From Torpedo marmorata (lineage: Eukaryota), in the NCBI GenBank assembly GCA_977017645.1, contig OZ360222.1:270196001-270260000 (forward strand): a DNA stretch of 64,000 bases, in the 5' to 3' direction. Both the position numbers and the translations under genes were made by a program. The notes below the pieces were generated by a model. The model ran no database searches. It was not told the DNA's origin and saw only the letters and a program-made list of their open reading frames with translations. Each line of letters begins with the position of its first letter. Position 1 is the stretch's first letter. Positions 26,301 through 38,300 of this stretch are shown in pieces.

Positions 26301-29300
26301 CTTTAACTTGATTCTGTTTTCTGATTGTGTTTGTGGTGTTCCTACGCAAGGAATCATACACTCCGCCCCGCCCATGGCACAGAGCTGTCTGTTCTCGACA
26401 CAAAAGCTTATTTCTTCCTATCATGATTCTCTTCTTTATCCCTTTGAGATAACAGCTCCCTTCCCTCCTGAGCCTTGCTTTAATGAAGATTGCCGTATAA
26501 ATGGGCAAACATGATGAATAGGGACTTGTGGTATCATGTAACATTTTAGTGAGAGTACTGATGACTGGAATATAATTCCAGTAGAGAGATCCTAAAAATT
26601 AAGACGCACAATTACTTCACAAGAAGCCATTTTTAAATGCTAGGAAGGATGGAACTTTAATTTTTTTTTTAATGTATACACTAGAAATCAAATATTAGCC
26701 TCAATTTAAATTGAAGAAAAGAGCCTCTGCATGGGACCTGTAATTAATTCATACACTTCAGGGATTTTCAGAAATCTAAGACTTGCATTACATTATCCCT
26801 CTAAATAGAAGTGACAAGTAAACCTCTAAATATTATTGCTTGAATTAAGAATATGGAATTACGACCAAGATATTCTTGATTATTCACCATAACTTGGGAG
26901 GGAGACCCAATTCAGGAATTCCTCAGATTCCACTGTAGTTATAGTGGACAATTGGGAGTATCTATTAATGGAAAATGTGTCTTACCAATTTAGTGTAAAT
27001 CCAATAAAATTTACAAGCGTGTTTTAATTGTTAATTTTGCCTAAGGTCCTTTGTAAACTGACTGTAGTCGAAACAATAAAAGTATTCCTGAAAGCTGTTA
27101 GAACAATAGGGAAAAGGGTCTTTAATAATCTGGATCAGGAAGGTTTTCATCAAAGTACAGAAGCAGCAAATGTGTACCACCACCTTTCAGAAGAAGTCAG
27201 CATTTACTTGGATCATTACATTGCTAAATCTATTAATGTGACTTAGAAGGTTTTCCATTCAAATAGATAATTCCAAATTTCTACTCAGATAAAAATCTTT
27301 CAGTGAGTGAAGTTTATTCTCCATTAATCTCAAAATATCAATTCAGTACTTGGGTCTGATCACCCTGAGACATCAAAACAATCAATGTTTAGGGACCACT
27401 TGTGTGGGGTTCTGGATAGGTTGTCCCAGAGACAGGGAAAAGATGGTAGGATAAGGGAACTGTGGCTGACAAAACAGATAAGACTGCTAGTTAAGAGAAA
27501 GAAAGAACAATGAGAGTTTAGGAAGAAATAGTCAGGAAGAGCTCATGAAAATTATATGGTAGCCAGGAAGGAACTTAAGAAAGGACAGGAGAGCTAGAAG
27601 GGAGCACGAGAAGGCCTTGGCAATTAGGATTAAGGAAAACCCTAAGGCGTTCTGTGCATTCATGAAGAACAGAAGGATGAGTAGACTGAAGGTAGGGTCA
27701 CTTTAGGATAAAGGAAGGAACATGTACCTGGAGGCAGAGGAGGTAGGGAAGATCCTAAATGAATACTTTGCTTCAGTGTTCACCAGAGAGAGGGACCTTG
27801 GTCGATGTGAGGTCAGTATAGAACAAGCTTATGTGCTGGAGCATTTTGTGGTTAAGAAAGAGGAAGTGCTGGATCTTCTTAGAAACATTAGGATTTCAAA
27901 ATACCTGGGACTGGACGAGATATACCCCATGTTACTACAGGAAGCGAGGGAAGAGATTGCTGGGGAGTTGGTAATGATCTTTGCGACCACCAAGGCCACA
28001 GCGGAGGTATCCGAGGATTGGAGAATGGCAAATGTAGTTCTCTTGTTTAAGAAAGGTAAGAGGGAAAATCCTGCGAATTATAGATCAGTGAGTCTTACGT
28101 CAGTGATGGGCAAACTATTGGAGGGGATCCTTAGGGTCAGGATATACGAGCATTTAGAGAAGCATAGTCTTCTCAGGGATAGTCAGCATGGCTTTGTGAG
28201 GGGCAGGTCATGTCTCACGAGCCTAATTGAGTTTTTTGAGGAAGTTGCAAAAGAAATTGATGAGGGTAGGGTAGTAGATGTGTTGTATATGGATTTTGGT
28301 AAGACATTTGACAAGGTCCTCCATGGGAGACTCATTCAGAAAGTCATGAGGCATGGGATCCATGGAACCTTGGCTGTGTGGATTGAGAATTGGCTTGCCT
28401 GTAGAAAACAGAGAGTAGTAGTGGATGGGAAGTATTCTGCCTGGAGGTCAGTGACTAGTGGAGTTCCACAGGGATCTGTTCTGGGACCCCTGCTCTTTAA
28501 TTTTTATAAATGACCTGGACGAAGAAGTAGAGGGACGGGTCAGTAAGTTTGCGGATGATACGAAAGTTGGAGGAGTTGTGGATAGTGTTGAAGGTTGTCG
28601 TAGGTTACAACAAGATACAGACAGAATGCAGAGTTGGGCGTAAAAGTGGTAGATGGAGTTCAATCTGGATAAGTGGGAGGTGATGCATTTTGGAAGGTCA
28701 AACTTGAAGGCAGAGTACATGGTTAATGGTAGGATACTTAACAATGTGGAAGAACCGAGGGACCTTGAAGTCCAAATCCATAGATCTCTCAAGGTTGCCA
28801 CGCAGGTTGATAGGGTTATGGTATGCTGGGCTTTATGAGTCGGGGGATTGAGTTCAAGAGCTGTAATGTAATGTTGCAGCTCTATAAAACTCTGCTCAGA
28901 TCATACTTGGAATACTGTGTTCAGTTCTGGTCGCCTCATTACAGGAAGAATGTGGAAGCTATGGAGAGGGTGCAGAGGAGATTTACCAGGATGTTGGCTG
29001 GGTGAGAAAATATGTCTTATGAGGCAAGGTTGTCAGAGCTAGAGTTTTTCTCTTTGGAGCGAAGAAGGATGAGAGGTGACTTAATTGAGGTCTAATGTTA
29101 TGAGAGGCATAGATAGGATGGACAACCAGCACCTTTTCCCCAGGGTGACAGTTCAAAACACCAGAGGACATCTGTTAAAGGTGAAGGGAGGAGAGTTTAG
29201 GGGAGATATCAGGGGTGTTTTTTTATCTGGAGACTGGTGGGTGCCTGGAATGCCTTGCCAGAGGTGGTGGTGGTGGAGGCTGGTACAATTGGGACATTTA

Positions 29301-32300
29301 AAAGAGACAGGCATATGGATGCAAGAAAAATAGAGGATTATGGGTATGAGGTCATGAAGGTTTAGATTGTTGTGTAGGTTTATGTAGATTGGCACAACAT
29401 TGTGGGCCGAAGGGCCTGTAATGTGTTGTAATATTCTATGTTCAATGTTCCAATCACGGAGTCCTTAAGTTTATGATTGCTGAATATTTCAATGGGAACT
29501 GATCTTACAACCCAGTAACCCATGAACGGAGTGCCCAGCTTTGAGACCAATGCATATGGCATTGGTTTGAATGACTTCAATCTGAGTACAGGTAGGACAT
29601 AAACCCATCTGTTGTATATGCTGCCACCATGGAGTTTTGAAATGAGAATTCACTTGGAGAATTTAGATTCTCTCACCTCCAAAGTGCAGAGACAAAGGAA
29701 GTGCACTCCCTGTAAACAAGAGATCCCCAGTAGGCCAAGGTGATGGCAGTTATGTTCAGTAAGAACCAATTCTTCATCCTTTCGTATAGAATACTTAGGC
29801 AACTGTAATTTATTATAGTTAATGCACAAAAGTGCTGGAGAAATTCAGCAGGTCCCTCATCGTCCAAAAGGGGCAAAGATATATTACTAACGTTTCAGGC
29901 CTGAGGCCTTCGTCAAGGTATGAGCAAATGCTATAGGACCTGCTGAGTTTCTCCAGCATTTTTGTGTATTAACTACAATCACAGCATCTGCAGAATTTCT
30001 TGTTTCACTGTAATTTTTAAAAATTGTTTAATCGATAAAGTTCACTGATTTATCAATCGGGCCTCGAGAGGACCCTGGTCCCTGCTCTGTGCTGCCATTT
30101 CCCCAGCGCTGAGGTGGCCACTGGGTATTTGAGCCACTGTTCGCTGGTCTCAGGACCAGAGTGGCAGCGGATCAGAGTATGTGCATCCACCAAGATGACA
30201 CAGTTCGATGCCATGTGTGTCAGCCTGACACCGTGACTGCTTCCTCAGCCTGGATTGTTCCTCCTTCCTCCGCGTTGTTACCTGGAATCCTAGCCCACCT
30301 CCAATTGCAGTCGTTAATAAAGGGGAGACTGTGGATGAATGTTGTCAGAAGCCCCCACAGCATGCCCTGCGGCTGTCTAACCTGCTCAGCAACAAGACAG
30401 AGCTGAAGATGGTGGAGGCTGGTACAATTGGGACATTCAAAAGACTCTAAGATAGGCACTTGGATGTAAGAAAAATTGAGGGTTATGAGTGTGAGGAAGG
30501 GAAGGAGTAGATTCCTGTGGAGTAGGTTTATGTGGGTTGGTACCACATTGTGCACCAAAGGGCTTGTACTCTGCTGTAATGTTCTATGTAAGAATGAACC
30601 CAATTCTCTGGCTCTGACACCTATATTTACCAGCTCAGATACGTAGCAGGGTATTGAAGCAGAGTTGCTAGCAGTTCCATTTGGTACAGAATCCTTTGTA
30701 CCTGAAGAGAATGTTGGCTGTCCCTTTGACATTGATATGATCACCTGTCTTCCTATAAACCAAAAGAGATCCTGTGAGGAGTGTGTCCAAGGCCTGTTAA
30801 ACATAACAGGCAGAGGTGCAACAAGCATCCATAGAAACCCAGCACCATGCAGTGACTGAAGGTGGCAGCAGGAGACTGAGGATCTGAGTAAGAACTCTTC
30901 CTTCCTGCTACCTGTTCCAACCCTACTGTCCACCGGATATTAACCTGCGATCAGTCCCGATCGAAGCCCCAGTGATCAATGGGTCCACGGCTAAGGATCA
31001 GGGACTTGACACTGCCCCCTCCCCCTCCACCCCACAGATAATCCTGCTGCACACCAGCGCGTAGCAATTAAACACGTCGTTAGGATATGGAAGGTAAGCT
31101 GAGGTGCTAGGTGAAACCCAAGCAATCACAGGGAGAACATGCAAACTCCGCACAGGCAGTACCCAAGATCAGGGAATGGAGCTTGGTGGCCATTGCACAT
31201 CCAATTGTCCCACGGTGCCACTGAGGTAGAGATCAGTTTCGTACATGAGGAGGGAATATAAATAAATGTTCATCAGTTTAGGCAATGAAGGGGGGAAGAG
31301 GTCTTATTTGGAACTGACCAGATCTGTCCAATGGCGTGCTTCCCCTCTCTGAATGATTTGTACATCTTCCATCACCTTTCCCCGAAGGAGTTGCTCGATC
31401 TCCTTCTTTCCTGCCCAACCTTCTGCACAGTCCTGATCTCTCTCCAGCTGTTCTGCTTCTGCATCTCCACGAAGTGGCAGGGAGGAAACATCTGCCTTTC
31501 GGATGACACATCAAGTGGAGCCCAAGTCAGATCTCTCGGCGTGAGGAAGAATAGGAGGTTCCGAGCCAATCTTTAGCTTTCATTGTTGGCACTGGGACCT
31601 TACTACCCCCACCTTGGCAGCCTTATAGCAGTGGCTATACTTCATTGGTTGTAAAGTGCGATGGGACGATCTCAGGTGATGAGAGATGCTCTGTTAGTGG
31701 ATTAATTGAGGTAGTGGATCAGGAGAGTGGCAATGTTAATCATCCCCTCTTATATTTTATACCAGGGAAATTCTAGGCGATGAAAACAAATGGCATTTAT
31801 TGCTGGCCTTCAGCGGATTGCCTGCCATGATTCAACTCATCATCCTGCCCTGGTTTCCAGAGAGTCCCAGGTATCTTCTCATGGAGAAAGGAAACAGAGC
31901 TCTCTGCATAGATGGTAAGTGAAAATGCAGCAGACTAGACCATATAGGCCATGACGGCCAAACATCCATCACAAATTCTCCTTGAAGGAGCAGCCTGATC
32001 TTTTCCTGTGTATTAAGAGCGTGCGGTGGTGTAAGATGTTTTCTTGAAGAAGCACATATATTTCTGACATCATTAGACGAATAGGCCCAGTTGGTGCCAA
32101 GTCAGTAATGCAGAAACAGGCCATTTGGCCTGACTAGTCCAGACTGGTATTTATGTTCAGCGCGAGGCTCCTCCCATCTTTCCTCACCTGACTGGATCAG
32201 GAGGGAGGTTTGTGGGTTTGACCAGCTCCAGAGGTTTGAGCACAATGTCCAGGCTGGCACGCCAGGATGGTCCTGAAGAGGGTGTTTCACTTTCGGCACT

Positions 32301-35300
32301 CAACTTTCTTCAAGATCCCCTGCCGCTCCTTCCAAAAGGAACTCTCCCCACTGATGACCAACATTCAACTAGTAGCTGCAAAAAACATTATTGCTGTTGG
32401 TGGAGATTCCTGGATATGCGTTCACTGCTGTTGCCTACATTGTGACATAGTGCAAAAAGTACTCCATTATCTGTATAGTGCACTGGCACATCCGGATATC
32501 AAGTGAGGCACTTCCAAAGGTTACACAAATGCACTCAACAATGCCTTTAAGCAAACAAATATTAGAACATAAGAACATAAGAACATAAGAAATTAGGAAC
32601 AGGAGTAGGCCAACCGGCCCATCGAGCCTGCTCCGCCATTCAATAAGATCATGGCTGATCTGATCAATCACCTAACTCCACCTACCTGCCCTTTCCCCAT
32701 ATCCCCTAATTCCTTTTTTATGTAAAAATCTATCCAACTGAACCTTAAATATGTTCAATGAAGCAGCCTCAACCGCTTCCCTGGGTAGAGAATTCCACAA
32801 ATTCACCACTCTTTGGGAAAAACTGTTTTTCCTCATCTCTGTCCTAAATCTACTCCCCCGAATCTTGAGGCTGTGTCCCCTAGTTTTGGTCTCACCCGCC
32901 AGTGAAAAAAACCTTCCTACCTCTATCCTATCCATCCCCTTCATAATTCTATATGTTTCTATAAGATCTCCTCTCATTCTTCTGAACTCGAGCGAGTATA
33001 ATCCCAGATGATTTAATCTTTCATCATAAATCAACCCCTTCATCTCAGGGATCAACCGAGTAAACCTCCTCTGGACTGCCTCCAAGGCCAGTATATCCTT
33101 CCTCAAATATGGAGACCAGAACTGCACACAGTACTCCAGGTGCGGTCTCACCAGTACCTTGTACAGTTGCAACATTACCTCCTTGCTCCTGAATTCAATT
33201 CCTCTAGCGATGAAGGCCAACATTCCATTTGCCTTTTTAATAACCTGCTGCACCTGCAACCCAACTTTTTGCGATTCGTGCACAAGCACTCCCAAGTCCT
33301 TCTGCACAACAGCATGCTGCAGTTTTTCACCATTTAAATAATACTCTGCTCTTTTATTTTTCTTGCCAAAGTGGATAACCTCGCACTTACTAACATTGTA
33401 CTCCATCTGCCAGACCTTTGCCCACTCACCTAACTTAACTATATCCCTCTGCAGCCTCTCCACATCCTCAGTACAATTTACTCTTTCACTCAATTTAGTA
33501 TCATCCGCAAACTTGGCTACACCACATTTTGTCCCCTCCTCCAAAACATCAATGTAAATGATGAACAGTTTTGGGCCCAGCACCGACTCCTGCGGCACCC
33601 CACTTACCACAGTCTGCCAATCAGAAAAACACCCATTTATCCCGACTCTCTGCCTCCTGTCAGACAACCAATCCTCAATCCATGCCAATATACTTCCCTG
33701 GACTCCATTCACCTGTAACTTACTGATAAGTCTCTTATGCGGCACCTTATCAAACGCTTTCTGGAAATCCAAATATACAACATCAACCTGTTCCCCTCTA
33801 CTATCGCACCCATAATGTCCTCAAAGAACTCTAACAAGTTTGTCAAACAAGATCTGCCCTTCCTAAACCCATGCTGCGTCTGCCTGATTGAACCCTTTCG
33901 TTCTAAATGTCTCACTATTTCATCCTTAATGACAACTTCTAGCATTTTCCCAACTACAGACATTAAGCTAATTGGCCAATAGTTCCCAGTCTTCTGCCTA
34001 CATCCCTTCTTAAAAAGTGGCGTGACATTTGCTGTCTTCCAATCTGCCGGGACCTGCCCAGAATCCAGAGAATTTTGGTCTATGACCACCAATGCATCGA
34101 CTATAACTTCTGCCATTTCCCTCAGAACCCTGGGATGCATTTCATCAGGACCAGGGGATTTGTCCGGCTTTAGTCCCATTAGTTTATTCATCACTATCTC
34201 CTTTGTAACAACTATTTTATCAAGGCCTTCACCAACATTGGCATCCCTATCTCCACTCTTTGGCATGCTGGACGTGTCTTCCACTGTGAAGACTGACACA
34301 AAATATTTGTTCAAGGCCTCGGCCATTTCCTCATTATTCAATATCAATTTCCCCTTCTCATCTTCCAAGGGTCCTCTGTTAACTCTAGCCACCCTCTTCC
34401 GTTTTATATATTTATAAAAATTTTTGCTATCTGTTTTTATATTTTGTGCCAATTTACCTTCATAATACTTTCTCCCCTTTCTTATTACCTGCTTTGTTGT
34501 CCCTTGTTGTCTTTTAAAGTTTTCCCAATCTTCCAGTTTCCCACTACTCTTTGCAACTTTGTACACCTGAGCTTTTAATTTTATACTCTCCTTTATTTCC
34601 TTAGTTAACCACGGCTGACTCTTCCCTCTCTTGCTGCCCTTATTCTTAACTGGAATATATTTTTGTTGAGCATTGTCAAAATCTCCTTGAAAATCTTCCA
34701 CTGTTCCTCAACTGTTCTACCAACTAGCCTGTGCTCCCAGTCCACGCTGACCAATTCCTCCCTCATCCTGTGATAGTCTCCCCTGTTTAAGCATAATACA
34801 TTAGTTTTAGATCTAACTATTTCTCCCTCCATCTGTATGAGAAATTCAATCATACTATGATCGCTATTTCCAAGAGGGTCCCTAACTATTACATCATTTA
34901 CTCTACCTATCTCATTGCACAATACTAGATCCAAAATAGCATTCACTCTTGTTAGTTCCTTAACATGCTGCTCAAGAAAGCTATCACGGATGCATTCTAT
35001 GAAGTCTTCTTCCAGACTCCCGCGGCCAAATTGATTTTACCAATCTACGTGGTAGTTAAAGTCCCCCACGACAACTGCCGTTCCATTCTTACATGCATCA
35101 CTTATCTCTCTGTTTATTGCCTGTGCCACTGTACTATTGTTATTTGGTGGGCGATAGACAACACCCACCAGTGATTTTTTTCCCTTTGTTATTCTTAATC
35201 TCCACCCAGATGGACTCAACATTATGTTCCTTAGAACTTATATCATCTCTCACTATTGCCTTGAGCTCATCCTTGATTAAGAGTGCCACACCTCCTCCCT

Positions 35301-38300
35301 TACCATCCTGTCTATCCTTTCGTACTACCTGATATCCTTGAAAGTTTAATTCCCAATCATGGTCATCTTGTAGCCATGTTTCTGTGATGGCCACTAAATC
35401 ATATTGCTGGGTACCGATTTGCACCTCAAGTTCACTAACCTTGTTTCTAATACTGCGGGCATTCAGATAAAGTGCCATTATGCTCATTGACCTTTTAGAA
35501 TCTAGTGACTTCTGTATCCTTTGCTTTTGTTTTTGATTTTTCTGCCCTCTATTTCTGTTTGTCTTTTTCCTAACACTTTCTTTGGTCTCTGTACCACCTT
35601 CCTCATTTTTTCTGTGTAGGTTCCCATTCCCCTGCCCCACTAATCTTATTTCCTTCAGCTTGCTTCAATGCAAACAAGTGAGAAACGGGTATAGTTCCCG
35701 TTGCGGAAGGTTTGGGGCGGCACGGTTAGCATAGCGGTTAGCGCAACGCCTTTACAGCGCCAGCGATCGGGACCGGGGTTCGAATCCCGTGCTGTCTGTA
35801 AGGAGTTTGTACATTCTCCCCGTGTCTGCGTGGGTTTTCCCCGGGGGCTCCGGTTTCTTCCCACTGTTCAAAACGTACCGGGGTTGTAGGTTAATTGGGT
35901 GTAATTTGGGCAGCACGGGCTCGTGGGCCGAAAGGGCCTGTTACCGTGCTGTATGTCTAAATTTAAAATTTAAAATTCCTTTTGGAAAGAGTGGCAGGGG
36001 ATCTTGGAGAAAGTTGAGTCCCAGAAGTGAAACACCCTCTTCAGGACCATCCTGGTGTGCCAGCCTAGACATTGTGCTCAAACCTCTGTGGCCAGTCATT
36101 ATGCGATAATTGTTGTTAGATTTAGACATACAGCTTGGTAACAGGCCTTTCCGGCTCATGAGCCTGCCCAAATACACCAATTAGCCTGCAAAGCCGTATA
36201 TGTTTTGAGGGTGGGAGGAAACCAGAGCACCTGGAGGAAACCCACAGGGAGAACTAACAACCTCCTTACAGACAGCGCCGGATTCAAACCTGGGTCACTA
36301 GTGCTGTAATAGCATTGCACTAACCACCACCCTGACCGTGCAGCCCGTTAAATCATCAAATCTTCCAATCCATGAGCCATTCTGCCATCACACCTGTGCT
36401 GGTTATTTTAAAGAACCACTAGGATTGGTTTGAGAGGCTGGTCATGGCCAGAATTAACACATACCTAAGCAAAGATCTGGACCCACTGCAATTCGCCTAT
36501 CGCCACAATCGCTCCACAGCAGATGCAATATCACTGGCTCTCCACTCAGCTCCGGATCACCTCGAAAACAGCAATTCATACATACGGCTGCTCTTCATCG
36601 ACTACAGCTTGGCCTTCAATACCATTATTCCCTCAGTGCTGGTCAAGAAGCTACAAACTCTAGGCCTCTGTACCCCACTCTGCAACTGGATCCTTGACTT
36701 TCTCATCGGAAGACCACAGTCAGTACGAATTGGAAACAACGTCTCCTCCTCACTGATTATCAACACAGGCGCACCCCTAAGGATGCGTGCTTAGCCCACT
36801 GCTCTACTCGTTATACACCCATGACTGTGTGGCCAGGCACAATTCCAATGCCATCTACAAGTTTGCCGATGACACCACAGTTGTCGGCAGAATCACAAAC
36901 GGCCATGAGGAAGCGTACAGGAGGGAGATAGATCAGCTCGTTGAATGGTTTAACGACAACAACCTTGCGCTCAACGTCAGCAAAACCAAGGAGATGATTG
37001 TGGACTTTAGGAGGAAGTTAGGGGAACACGACCCAGTCCTCATCGAGGGCTCAGTAGTGGAGAGGGTCAAGAACTTCAAATTCCTGGGTGTCAACATCTC
37101 CGAGGATCTGTCCTGAAGCCTCCATGTTGATGTAATCACAAAGAAGGCTCGCCAGCAGCTATAATTTGTGAGGTGTCTGAGGAGATTTGATATGTCACCG
37201 AAGACTCTCGTAAACTTCTACAGGTGTACTGTGGACAGCATTTTAGCTGGTTGCATCACTGCCTGGTATGGAGGCGCCAACTCTCAGGACAAGAATAAAC
37301 TCCAGAGGGTTGTTAACTCGGCCTGTGACATCACAGGCACCAGACTTCACTCCATAGAGGACATCTACATGAGGCGGTGTCTTAAAAAAGCAGCCTCTAT
37401 CCTCAAAGACCCCCACCACCCAGGCCATTCCCTCTTCACTCTGCTACCATCGGGAAAAAGGTACAGGAGCCTAAAGACGAGCACTCAATGGCACAAGGAC
37501 AGCTTCTTCCCCGCTGCCATCAGATTCCTAAATAATCAATGAACCAAAGACACTGCCTTACTTTTCGTGCACTATTATTTATATATTTTTTTATAGTAAT
37601 GTCGTAAGATGGTTATAATATGAATGTTTGCACTATGATGCTGCCGCAAAACACCAAATTTCATGACTTGTTCATGACAATAAATTCTGATTCTGATTCT
37701 GATTAGCAGATGATATAGGGACTGACATCTGGAAGTGCATTTACAACTCCTGAAATGTTAACGCTGACACTCATGATGACTTTCACTGCTTTGCATAGAA
37801 AAATTGTGATAATTCTTGATGGTCTAAACAAGTGTTTATTCCGCATGTGATCGGAGAAATGGATGCATGATAAATGTTCAGCACTCCACAGAATTGTAAA
37901 ACGGACTTGTTATTGAGCAGGTTGAGGCAGACCTTGACCAGGAGGTGAAAACCCCCCCATTATGTATCAGTATAGTGTGGATGGTTGCTTACTCCTGGAG
38001 AAAATGATCTACCACATGCCGCAGTTCAGTTGCAGCCCTCACTGACGAGGCTCAGCCTTGTCATCCACTGGCTCCTCTGTCAGGTCCTTCTTTCAGGTCC
38101 ACGAAACAGCTCTTCCGCTGTAGCTGCACAATCAGGGATGCTTCAACATCCCAGTGAATTTCAGAAGTGCTCTTGTCGCGGCCGCGTACTTACCTTCGTC
38201 GGGAGCGGTGCCAGCCGCCACTGATGATGTAAGCGATGTGACGCGCGGGGGTAATAGCGCGCATGCGCGGGTGTGTTAAGTGTCAGTATACGGGTGATGA

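Noticed and set aside
30220-30933. 237-aa minus-strand ORF
   Set aside because: Runs through an antisense CR1 tail and has no recognisable domain; likely a chance ORF.
35716-35795. tRNA genes at SINE heads
   Set aside because: The A/B boxes continue into the V-core and LINE-like tail and recur in about ten dispersed copies, so these are SINEs.
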